Source of the DNA: Eledone cirrhosa
Lineage: Eukaryota
Direction of reading: 5' to 3'
DNA: 64,000 nucleotides
Assembly: GCA_964016885.1 (NCBI GenBank)
Contig: OZ024744.1
Coordinates: forward strand, 43,710,001 to 43,774,000
In this document: positions 25,941 through 38,029 of the stretch, in pieces
How the letters are laid out: each line of letters begins with the position of its first letter
How positions within the stretch are numbered: position 1 is the stretch's first letter
The notes under the pieces: model-generated
The model's input: only the letters and a program-made list of their open reading frames with translations
Database searches by the model: none
Told to the model about the DNA's origin: nothing
Program-made: the position numbers and the translations under genes

Positions 25941-27302
25941 TATGCATTGGAAAACTCTTCATATAATTAATCTTACACCTTCGGGTTTTTGCAACTATTT
26001 CTAGCATCAGTATAAGCCTCTCGCATAGTCCAAATGTACTAGAGACATGATTATTTAATAATTCAACAACACAACGTATTTTGGGCAGCATACGGTATCG
26101 ACAATGGAAAGGTATGTATACTTTCATTATCGATATAGCTTTATAGTTTGAAGAACAACTCCCCTTAAGAGTATCACGGATTCTTCCAATATTGGTTATT
26201 CCAGTAATTTGTTGTTTCTTCTGCGTTCTGAACCATGGTCGGGAGATGTGTATATAAATGAGACTAACTTAATTCTGTCTGTCTGGTTTATAGTCCCATA
26301 AAGAGAGTTTCTTTTCGCTTATAATTTAATATGTAATGTAGCTTCTCTGAGTAATATCTTATGTATTTATTTCATTCATTCATTGAAATGTTTAAGTGAA
26401 ACTAACTTAGTTTTGCCTGTCTGGTTTAAATTCCCTAAATGTGTTTTTGTTTTTGTTTTCGCTTAAATATAATATGATATATATATGCAAAAGGCGAACA
26501 AAAATTCCAAAGCATATATATATATAAATTCGAATATCGAGTTTTGAAAGGCAAGTGTATTAGAATTCGTAGGAAAATGGAAAACTTCGGCGTACGGAAG
26601 ATGTTAAAATAGCAAAATGTCGTCGAAGCGGTGTTGGGTAAAATATTACCTCGAAGGATAGAAATTAGCGGCTAGAAGTGAGTTGACTCGAAGAATTGAT
26701 AGGAAGGAAGAAATAGAATGGATGAGAAGAGATCACAAACATTTAAATATACTCATCAGATTTCAGACAACCTGCAGTTTCAACGATTAAACTGAAATTC
26801 CTGCGAAGAATAGGTGGCTCTTAACAGCGGAGAAATAAATATCTTCGTTGGTATACTGTTTGTGTTGGGACAGGGCAGAGAGAGAGAGAAAATGGAGTGT
26901 ATCCAATGGACCTCAAATCGTCGCGAGAAAGGAAGAACAATGGTACTGTAACCAGAAGTGGCCTGTAGAAGGGAGAAGGGAAGAAAGAAGTCAAAAGTGA
27001 CAGGGAGGGAGAGAAAGAAAAGGAGCAGTAAGAGAGAAAAGAGAACAGACGAAAATGAAAGAAAAGACAACGCACCTTCAGCATGGTATCAATCGACGAT
27101 AGAGGCCTAGAATAACTATGAGAAGGTGTAAACAAAATTAACTGGAATATCTTAACGAGAGAGATGGAAATAGGAGAGAAGAAGAGAGATTGGTGAATTA
27201 GCTAGAAGCCAAAGCGTAAAGGCATGGGCACAATGTGCAATTTGCAGTGGAAGGCAGCTAGGTGGCTGGGTTCATGCCGAGGTTAGGTGCACAGAGCTGG
27301 AA

Positions 27303-30300
27303 ATATTCATTAGTTAAGCAAAACAAGACCACAAATTTCACAAGGAAGACATTATTTAAAGATTGTCAACCAAGTTGTAGTTTACTGTAAGGAATGTAAA
27401 GAATAATAATAATAATACTAATAATGTCCGTTTACAATTGTTTCGCTACTCCATATAATGTTTCTGTATTAAATGATTATAGATCATTATTGATCTGGTT
27501 CAGTTGAAGATAATTAACTTAGGTAAAATTGGAGCATTTCATCGGTACTTCAAAAGGAATATAAATTAAGGTAAAGAAAGATGGTTACATGAATGTAATG
27601 TTCCATATATTGCTATTTCACTATGGTGTCCTGGGTCTATCTATTGTCTGCCATAAGCGAGCAATATTCTTCTGTCGAGGCTGCATTATGTGAGATCTGC
27701 CTATGGGTAAAAAGATGGCCGCCAAAGGACATATTTATCTTACTAATTAGAGGGTGGTTTCAGGAGAAGTAACTCCTCGAGAAATTAGATATTGTAGGTG
27801 GTTTATAGTTAAGAAGTGCTAATGAGTTTAAATGAAAGACAATGTAAGGGAGGTAACTTATAATTATCTAAGTTAGCTATAACTATTTAACATGTTAGCT
27901 ATAAGAAAAAGTGAGTATAGATGAATATGTTGGGTCAAATATTCTGTTGGCGAAGGAATTAGCCCTTCGATGTTGACAGCTAATAGTTACCTCCCTTCTA
28001 TCATTAATAGGTAGAGGTCGTGATAGAGTTATGTAATAGGCTTCGGCAAGACAGAGATCACAAGAGTTTCTTCGTCCATTGAACGGTTGGGCTCTAACCA
28101 AGATATCCCATGTTAGTGAGTGTTCAATGTTGGTTAATTTAAGGTTTTTAATGAGCCTAGCTAGAGATGTCGAACATCTATTGCTAGGGTCTCGGAAGGA
28201 AAATGAGTGCGCATTATAGCATACCTTAAAAGGGTTAGAGGTCGAGCCAATATAGGAGCTGGTATGCGATGCTGTTTTAACTGTACACCTATAAACTATA
28301 TTGGGTGTAAGGCATTGTCCATTTAGTGGGCATACATTAGGGTAACGGCAGTTTCAGTTACTTCTGCGGTTAGTGAGTGTAGGGTTGTTTAAACTATGCG
28401 GTTGGTGCGTGCTAGAAGGATTAGATGGGGGATGTATGCTACTAGAGTAAGTATTGGTGTAGAGGTGTGGTGTATTTGAGCGGGGGGGGGGGGTACCGCG
28501 GTGTGGGAGTTATACTGTATTAGTTTATGATGGTTACTGAATGCGATATGGCTAGCTAGGTTAGGTGTTGTGGAGAATGAGATTTTAATGTTTTTATTAA
28601 AGAGTTTGTAATATCTATGGTTGGGGCGGAAATGTTTAGATAGGATAGAGAAGAAGCATTTAGGGATATTAGTGGCTAAGTTAGATGAGAATGGGGGGTT
28701 ACGCCAGGTGATATTTTTAGGCGTATTCCTTCTAGGGGTTCTAGTGGAGTTGGCAGGAGCCCTCATAGGGTTATTATTACCTGGGCATTTGTTATTTGTC
28801 ATCCCATTGCTCATTCTTATTCTAGGGATGATTTTGAGTCTGCTACTTGAAGTGGGAAGTAGGCCTCTTCCACCATTAAGGTTCCCTGTACAGGTGCTGT
28901 TACTGCTAAAATTACGGCGAATCTGGCTATATTCTAAAGTATTTCCAGTTCTAGTGTTAAGTTTGTTATGGTTGTGGTCAAGTGCTGTGTTATGGCATTT
29001 AGGTATGTAGTAAATGGACTGTTCATAACCAGATTCAGAAAGAGCCTTATAATATGCCGCATGGTTTATAAATATCTCGTCCTTTGCGGAATCAAGCCTA
29101 GAATAGGAATGAGCAATGAGTTGACAAATAACAAATGCCCAGGTAATAATAACCCTATGAAGGCCCCTGCCAACTCCACTAGAACCCCTAGAAGGAATAG
29201 GCCTAGAGATATCACCTGGCTTAACCGCCCCATTCTCATCTAACTTAGCCACTAATATCCCTAAACGCTTCTTCTCTATCCCATCTAAACATCCCCCACC
29301 CCCATAGATATTACAAACTCTTTAATAAAAACAACATTAAAATCTCATTCTCCACAGCACCTAACCTAGCTAGCCACATCGCGTTCAGTAACCATCATGA
29401 ACTAAGACAGTATAACTCCCATACCGCGGTACCACCACCCCCTCAAATACACCACGCCACTACACCAATACTTACTCTTGTAGCACACCTCCCCTATCTA
29501 ATCCTTCTAGCACGCACCAACCGCATAGTTTAAACAACCCAACACTCACTAACCGCAGAAGTAACTGCAACTGCCGTTACCCTAATGCATGCCCACTAAA
29601 CGGACAATGCCTTATACCCAATATAGTTTGTAGGTGCACAGTTAAAACAGCATCGCATACCAGCTCTTATATTGGCTCTACCTCTAACCCTTTTAAGGTA
29701 CGCTATAACGCGCACTCCTTTTCCTTCCGAGACCCTAGCAATAGTTGTTCGACATCTCTAGCTAGGCTCATTAAAAACCTTAAATTAACTAACATTGAAC
29801 ACTCACTAACATGGGATATCTTGGTTAGAGCCCAACCGTTCAATGGACGAAGAAACTCTTGTGATCTCTGTCTTGCCGAAGCCTATTACATAACTCTATC
29901 ACGACCTCTACCTATTAATGATAGAAGGGAGGTAACTATTAGCTGTCAACATCGAAGGGCTAATTCCTTCGCCAACAGAATATTTGACCCAACATATTCA
30001 TCTATACCCACTTTTTCTTATAGCTAACATGTTAAATAGTTATAGCTAACTTAGATAATTATAAGTTACCTCCCTTACATTGTCTTTCATTTAAACTCAT
30101 TAGCACTTCTTAACTATTAACCACCTACAATTTCTAATTTCTCGAGGAGTTACTTTCCCTGAAACCACCCTCTAATTAGTAAGATAAATATGTCCTTTGG
30201 CGGCCATCTTTTTACCCATAGGCAGATCTTACATAATGCAGCCTCGACAGAAGAATATTGCTCGCCTATGGCAGACAATAGATAGACCCAGGACACCATA

Positions 30301-30619
30301 GTGAAATAGCAATATATGGAACATTACATTCATGTAACCATCTTTCTTTACCTTAATTTATATTCCTTTTGAAATACCGATGAAATGCTCCAATTTTACC
30401 TAAGTTAATTATCTTCATCTGAACCAGATCAATAATGATCTATAATCATTTAATACAGAAACATTATATGGAGTAGCGAAACAATTGCAAAACGGACATT
30501 ATTAGTATTATTATTATTATTCTTTACATCCCTTACATTAAACTAAAACTATGTTGACAATCTTTAAATAATGTCTTCCTTGTGAAATTGTGGTCTTGTT
30601 TTGCTTAACTAATGAATAT
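27303..30619. mobile_element. Head-to-head palindromic PLE (Naiad-type): two ~1.52-kb arms, each with the endonuclease, 3' UTR and pLTR
   Basis: Arms 27303-28826 (-) and 29097-30619 (+). Near-identical 68-aa ORFs 27895-28101 and 29821-30027 (CDLCLAE..INDRRE..SCQH). CNCRYPNACPLNGQCL. The 270-bp spacer continues the minus-strand thumb domain. Confidence 0.92.
30364..30496 (+). ncRNA. Variant or degenerate hammerhead-like motif (mirror copy at ~27427-27560, minus strand)
   Basis: CCGATGA core variant, stem II tgctcca/tggagta enclosing ~90 nt, GAAA, palindromic caattg. The triplet is GUA in the left copy and GCA in this one. Stem I is weak. Confidence 0.5.
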
Positions 30620-30756
30620 ATAGATATATATATGTCTCATGGAAGTTAGGATGCGTCCATAGGCGGTATGGCGGTTGACCACTCTATGCCCCTACGGAGC
30701 AGAGTATGGTAGAATGGAAAACAAAGAATCAGTGATGCATCGGAACTCAATTTATT

Positions 30757-30849
30757 ACGTATTACAATTGTTTCCCCGGCGAACAGCTCAAGGTGCGATC
30801 TGTGTGTGGATCCAACCTGACTCCGGATTCGCAGGTTCCTCAGACACGT
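30757..30849 (-). ncRNA. Type I hammerhead ribozyme (PLE pLTR)
   Basis: Minus strand reads acgtgt CTGAGGA acctgcgaat...gttcgccggg GAAA caattg TA atacgt: all core residues, palindromic stem III, GUA triplet. Confidence 0.82.
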
Positions 30850-31119
30850 CTATTGATTTCGGAACAAATCCCCTTCCTCGGGTTCTGACCTTACGAGTCT
30901 ATATCATCCGCCTTCATCCTGTTTGCGCGTCCTTGGATTGGTCACTGGTAGTGACGTCATCATAGTTCTGACCACTGGAAGCAGCACACTGACCATCGGG
31001 GCGTCAGCTGTCACTCACCCCCGGCAAAATTACTGTTGTGTGAGCCTATACTCACTCATACACGCACGCGCAGAGACACGGACAGACACATACAGAATAG
31101 CTTGCCTACTTACATTTCC

Positions 31120-31700
31120 CCACAGAAAGATATACACATATCTATACATACACACACACACATACACAGTCACACAAATATACACGTACATGCACACACA
31201 GGGAGGCACACACACGGAGGCACACACACACACACATGTATATATGGATATATACACACACACACTTGTATATATACATACACACACACATACACACGCT
31301 TACTTATACATACATATACACGCACACACACATATACATATATATATATATACACACATATATGTAGCCTACTCTTACGCATACACACACATGAGTATAT
31401 ATATATATATATATACGCACATATACTCACACACATACTCTTACACACGCACATATATACACACACACATGCATATACATACATAGACACCTACATAGAC
31501 ACGTATGTGTACACGCGTGTGCGGATGCATGTACACACACATAAGCACACCCGCACGCATGCATATACATACATACGCGCGCGTACTTTTATATGCACAT
31601 GCACATACATACATCCACCTATACATTTATACCCCCGCTCACACGCCTATATGCACTCACACCCAGACTGACGTACGCGCACGCACGTACACTCATATAT
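31120..31700. repeat. Degenerate (CA/TA)n microsatellite field
   Basis: Low-complexity alternating sequence between inverted pLTR copies. Confidence 0.9.
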
Positions 31701-32096
31701 ATAAGAATAAACAGTATAAAAATATGGAAATATAAGAAAATTATACACAATATAAAAACATAAAAAAACTTATAAAAAATATAAAAAAATATATATAAGA
31801 AAAATAAACTGCCTAAAAATATCTGGAGGGTGTATACAGCAAGCACCTGGTGTTGTCCATAGAAATTTTACGTTAGGGAATAGGTCCGAAGAGTACATAT
31901 GGTGTTGCGACGGTTAATGCATGCAGCATCTCACATGACGGTATATAGGTACGTTCGGGCACACCTTGATATACATGTTGACAGAGTTGGCATTATGGTG
32001 CTAACGTGGATCAATCCACATATAGGAACCTCAAGCAAAATTACATATGGGGGAGCACGTGGGAATAATGCAGAGGGTACACACAGAAGATATATA

Positions 32097-32197
32097 GGTT
32101 CGAACCACACAAAGGTCGCACCTTGAGGTGTTCGCCGGAGAAACAATTGTAATACGTAATAAATTGAGTTCCGATGCATCACTGATTCTCCCGTTTC

Positions 32198-32251
<54 letters not shown>

Positions 32252-32269
32252 ATATATATATATATATAT

Positions 32270-32323
<54 letters not shown>

Positions 32324-32424
32324 GAAAACGAAGAATCGGTGATGCATCGGAACTCAATTTATTACGTATTACAATTGTTTCCCCGGCGAACACCTCGAGG
32401 TGCAATCTTTGTGTGGTTCCAACC
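32097..32424. repeat. ~330-bp palindrome of two truncated pLTR copies around (CT)n-(TA)n-(AG)n
   Basis: Both arms match 30712-30816 and stop at the same point (ggttcgaacc / ggttccaacc). Confidence 0.9.
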
Positions 32425-32708
32425 TCCGCCTTTCGAGATTTTTGTCATTGCTACAAGGGATTCAACCCCTTTCTTGACCGGTTTATCACGTGGTAATCTC
32501 TCGCTCCGTCTCTTGAGATTTTCCCACTTGCTGCTAACATGACTGGAAAGCGCTCTCTCCCTGAGAAGTTCCTTGAGAAGCTGGTTTGCCTCCCAACGAT
32601 ATTGCACTTCTATAATGTAAAAGTGTTGCAAATTGACCAACGAAACTGTACAGTCGGGATTTTGAAGAAAAAATAGGTATATGTCTGTGCCTATTACTTC
32701 TTACTTTA

Positions 32709-33690
32709 ATGGAAAACACAGAAAAGGCAAAGCAGGTAAAAGTAACTGCAAAGAAAGAACTGCTACAGAAACTGGCTAAGAAATGGCAAGAAAAGCCTCT
32801 GTATGGAAAATACCCAGAACGAGCTAACAATCCTGATGTTGACAAAACTTTAACCCATCAGTGGTTGGCATCCTCTGGACTGAAATCGGAGACTGAAGGA
32901 CTGATTATATCAGCACAAGATCAGTCTCTGCCAACAAAAAATTACCAAGCCAACATAATAAAAAATGGATGCAGCCCATTATGCCGTGTATGTAAAAAAC
33001 AACCAGAGACCATTGACCATATAATTTCAATGTGCAGTCCTATAGCTCCAACCGAATACCTAAACAGGCATGACAGAGCTGCACAATACATGCATTGGAT
33101 AATGTGTAAGCATTTTGACCTGCCCCATCAAAAGAATTGGTGGGAGCATCAACCACCTCCCATACTTGAAAAAGATCACATCTCAATCTTGTGGAACTTT
33201 AGCATCCAAACAGACCGAAAAATAGATGCAAATAGACCTGATATAATATTGAAGGACTTTAAAAAGAGGGTATGCCTGCTAATTGATATGTCCGTTCCAA
33301 TAGACAAGAATGTATCTATAAAAACATTTGAAAAATTGAGCAAGTATAAGGACCTGAAGATAGAAATTGGAAAAATGTGGAAATTGAGAACTAAAACAAT
33401 ACCAGTGGTTGTGGGCGCTCTAGGAATGATACCTAAGGGGTCTAATGATTACTTATCGCAAATCTCAGGAAACCCGCGTATAGGAGAAATACAAAAGATA
33501 GTACTAATGGGAACTGCCCATATACTAAGGAAGATTCTGTCAATATAAGTACATCACAAGTTTAAACACTAAAGATGCATGTGTGAGTATGTATGTTCTT
33601 TCTTGAACATGGCGGACCTTGTTGTCTCTTGAGGTCACTGGTGTGACTTGGTGATAACTGGTATGAACATAAAGCAAGATAAATGCAACT

Positions 33691-33764
<74 letters not shown>
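32709..33764 (+). mobile_element. 3' end of an R4/Dong-type non-LTR retrotransposon (CCHC finger plus restriction-like endonuclease), 3' UTR and (TAA)n tail
   Basis: ORF 32709-33548: CRVCKKQPETIDHIISMC, RHD, RPDII, LIDMSVP, KLSKYKDL, IPVVVGALG. (TAA)n at 33692-33764. Confidence 0.9.
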
Positions 33765-33766
<2 letters not shown>

Positions 33767-36700
33767 TTTCTTTATTGGCCACAAGGGCTGATATCAAGAA
33801 AAATATTACAGACGGCACAGGACGGTACAGGACGGTACGATGTGGGTTTTGTGCGTGTAAATATTTTTATTATTTATATAAGAAAAGAAAAAAAAGGACA
33901 TAGAAACATATATATTTATAAACAATAAAAATGAAAATTGAAACAATGAGAAATTCCCCAGTAGGGGGAAACCTCCGAGGGTTACTCGTGGCGAAAACCA
34001 CACAAAAGACCACGGCCATCCTGACCACCACGGCAAGCGCCCTCTCTCAATTTTTCCATTTCTCAAACTACAGACGTATATTCAGAGTGGTGCCGTTCAC
34101 TCGTCCATTCTCGCTACATTCACCCACCTTTCAACAAACTTGCTAGAAGGCAGCACTTGCCTCTCCACCCTGATTTTCCTCTTCAAGTGAAACTTGAAAA
34201 AGTTAATCGGAGATTCGCCGAAGAGGAAAGTGTCTGTCTTTAACCCTTTTAACCTTGTCCACCACACAATCTCTTTCGCCATGGCCACCAGGCAGATGAA
34301 AGCCGAAGGAAGACGGCGAGACCATCTGCACAATGGACTCAGTCGACAACCGGATCAGTCCCACACGCGACAGCAACTGTTCGACATAGCTCCATAAGTC
34401 AGCAATGCTCGGACACTGAACGAGTGCGTGCACGACGGTTTCGTCACTCTGCGCGTATCTCGGACAGGCTCGGCTGACGTCACTTCCGTGCCTGTAGAGC
34501 TTATCTCAAAACCAGCAGCGCTCCCCGGTAGCACTGCCAGGCCAGGGATTTTTGGAAGTAATCCATAGGCCCCGGGCTGAAAGTTCTCCGGAAGAGAGCA
34601 AACAGCTGATCTTCGACGCCCAGGATCTCTCCGAGAATATCGTCGCTCTTCCCCTCCACTAGTCCTCTATAGAACGCCGAGGTGGATGTTCCACCGATAC
34701 TGGTGCCCAGCTGGCAGAGGTCAGTGAGCGCCTGGAGACATTCCAGTTTCCAAGCGCTATCCCTCGGTCTTTTTCTGACCCAGGACTGCAGCTCCATCAA
34801 GGAGACGAGCTGTGGGAAAACGTGCCTGGCGAACGGCGACCACACCTGTTCACCATCAAGGAAGCACCAGAGATGTCGCAGCCTCAGCGCATGTTTGCGC
34901 ATCATCAGCCATGGCATGCCCAGTCCTCCAGGCAACGGGTGTTGACAGAAGATGGATCGTCTGACCATGGGAGCGCGTCCCTTCCACAAAAAGCGGAAGA
35001 GGAGACGCCCATTTTGGTGAGAGTTGGGCTGGAGCAAGGGACGACGGTGAGGCGGTATCAGATGACGGATGCGATGTACGTATCCGCCACCTCCGCCCGG
35101 CCTTTCAGGGACAGCTTTCTCTCGGCCCATTTCTGGGTGAGGGAAGCCACCCTCCTCGTCACCTCGTTCCAGTTTGTCGCCACCTGGAGGTCAGGTCCGA
35201 ACGCAACCTCGAGCAATTTAACCGGTCCGTCCGTCCATCGACCCACGACGCTGTCGGACGGCATGGACTTGCCTCTCCAAGTGCCGAGTTACAAGTCAGC
35301 GTAAGCCGACTCGGATATCCCTCATCCTAGTTCGAGTGGGACGCCCCTCATCGCCCCCAGTTTGTGCAGTAACGGCTCGAGAACCAATACATACAATAGG
35401 CAGGAGAGGGGACAATCCTGGCGGACTGAGCGCATAATGCTGAACGGCTGCGACAGGTGACCGTTCACCCTCACAACTGTGCAGATGACGTTGTACATTG
35501 CTGCGATCCAACCCCTGAAAACGAGCCCGAAACTGGCTGCCTCGAGGACCGCCACCAGGTACCGATGGTCGACACTATCGAATGCTTTGGATTGATCCAA
35601 GTTGATCAGGGCCCCACCTTTGCCAGGTTCCTTAGCCGCCCTCTCTATGATGTATCGCATGAGGTGGAGGTTGTCGTGTATGGATCTTTTCGGAATGGCG
35701 CATGTCTGCGCCTCTCCCACCAGACCACCAACGACAAGCGCCAACCTCGTTGCTAACACCTTGGCCAAAATCTTGAACTCTGCGTTTAGCAGGGTTATGG
35801 GCCTGAAATTATCGATAACATCTCCCTTGTTCGGGTCTGTTCTCAGCAGCGCCACTGCTCCCCGGCTCACAAAACTGGGAATGCTTCCGTTCTGCTGCCA
35901 GTTGCAGTAGACGTCTGCCAAGAGGTCACCGAACAATTCTGGAATAAATGCATAAAGCTCGTAGGGCAGACCATCCAAACCTGGTGATTTACCCCTTGTG
36001 CAGTTAGCCATCGCTTCCCGTATTTCACCGGCTGTTATTGGCTTTTCGCAACACTGTGCTGCGGTCGTCGAGAGCCGAGGCAGTCCGTCGAGGTATGCAC
36101 TGAAGTCCATGCCCCGATCCGGGCCGCCGCCGCTCCCGAACAGTTCAGCAAAGTGCTGCTGAAAAGCTTCACACATCCGCTCGGGTTCGAGCATCACGCA
36201 CCCGTTTTGGTCAGACAAAGACTGAATTGTGGCTTTGTTGCCACGTCGCGCCTCCGCCACCCGGGCCCATTGGACGGCTTTTGTCCCCTCGTGTTTCAGA
36301 GCACGCGCTCTAGCTCTGACAATGCAGCCTTCATGTTTTGCGTTGAAGAATTGGTCGACTGCCAATCTCGCCGCAAGCACGTCTGTTGCGATGCCTGTCC
36401 TAAACGCCTCTTCTAGCTTTCTGACTAGCTCTCCCTCTATTTTGTTTTCCTCTATACCTAGTCCTTTGCTAAATCTAATCGATTCTACTTTAATTACCCT
36501 TTTCAGTGCGACGACCGCTCCCGTAAACTCCCGCTTAACTAATACGCTAATCCGGCCTCTGTAGGCTTTGCGCGCCGGGAAAGACGCGTTCACCTTCCAG
36601 TAACCAGGCCCTTGTCTATGAAGTCTGACTATGTCGATCTCACAGATCACAAATTTGTGGTCTGTGTAGTCGACTATTTTAAATTGTGGACAACTTATAC

Positions 36701-37510
36701 TAGCCTTATCTAGTTCTCTGCAGAATACCCTATCGAGATACGATCTGGATGACCCGATACGGTTTGTCCATGTCCACATTGGCACATTCAGGTGATCCAG
36801 TCGATACCTGTCAGACAGTTCAAAACGTCTGAGCAGGTTGGCGAGGTTCTTGCACCCTCCTCCCCTATCCACTAGCCCCACACAATCCCAGCGGGCATCC
36901 AAGATACCGTTCCAGTCGCCCACTAACGCTAAAGAGCGGGACGTTCCAAGAAAGGTCTCTAGACGTCTGAAGAAATCTGGCCGTATTGCCACTGTTGGGG
37001 CGTAGACGGCTACTAGCCTGAAAGCATTGGCTTCGCTGTCGGTCACGTCCAGCACCACCGACTTACCTTATGGGTCTAGGAAGATGGCCCGTATCGCGAG
37101 ACCCAAGCCTCTCCGAAAATGGACGGCAACCCCTCCCCCCAATCCTGGACGGCTGGGAGATACGTATACATCGTAGCCGCCGAAGATCGGTGCGAAGGCT
37201 TGTGCTTCGGAGATTCTGGTTTCACTGATGGCCACCACAGCTATGTTTAGTAATCTGAGGTAGTTGAGCAGGTGACCCTGCTTCCAAGATGACCTCAGGC
37301 CACGTGCATTTATACTGTCTATTCTGAGTACGGCCATGTTGGATGAGAAACGAGGCAAGTGAGAAAGGGTCACTTACCTTGATCATGTGGTGAAGAGAAA
37401 GTAGAACCGTCCCTTTGGCTGGTCATGGGTGTTTCCAAGAGGATGTCAGTGTATATCCTCTTGGTGACCGACCCTCTGAAGTCTCCAACTGCGTTGGGGA
37501 ATTTTTCTTT
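33765..37510 (-). mobile_element. Tx1/L1-type LINE: ORF1 end, disrupted ORF2 (37337-34068) and 3' UTR
   Basis: APE motifs SINARGL, ISETR, GDWN, YLDR, TDH. RT motifs KSPGLDG, NFRPITLLN, LDQSKAFD, with a deletion just after YAD. C-terminal zinc finger. Ends AATAAAGAAATC(ATT)n. Confidence 0.93.
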
Positions 37511-37596
37511 TAATAATAAACTCTAGTCAAGTTACCTCAACTTCTATTTCTACTTCAACTTCAACACCATCACTACAGTACTACGATCACATCACC

Positions 37597-37739
37597 ACCA
37601 CCACTGCTTCATTATCGCTACCGCCGCTATTCTCTCCCACTACCTCCTGTTAAGTACTACTAGCTCAGCAACAACACCACCACCACAACTGCCTCATTAT
37701 CGCTACCGCCGCTATTCTCTCCCACTACCTCCTGCTAAG
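37597..37739. repeat. ~58-bp direct duplication
   Basis: cattatcgctaccgccgctattctctcccactacctcctg occurs twice. Confidence 0.85.
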
Positions 37740-38029
37740 ACAGGCATCGTAGTGTCCCCACTAAAAGAGGAAGGCATCAAAAGATATAAATAGACTGATT
37801 TGATGACCCGGTCAAAAAATCAGAAAACGAAATATCAAAACCAAAATAGCACAGCAGCAACGAAAAACGTAAAAAGAAAAACAAACAGAGAGACAGAGAA
37901 GGAAAAAAAAAAAAACTAAGTCAGACATTCTAAGATTACATTACAATGAAACTTATGCTTATTCTTTTTTTGGGGGAGGGAGGGGGGGGGTGTTACCTAT
38001 TTGTTTGTTTGTTTATTTATGTACGTCTA

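Noticed and set aside
26745-26790. Possible type II hammerhead on the minus strand (GAAA..GTC..CTGATGA)
   Set aside because: Only 6 nt (tgaaat) lie between GUC and CUGAUGA, which cannot form stem I, and stem II does not pair.
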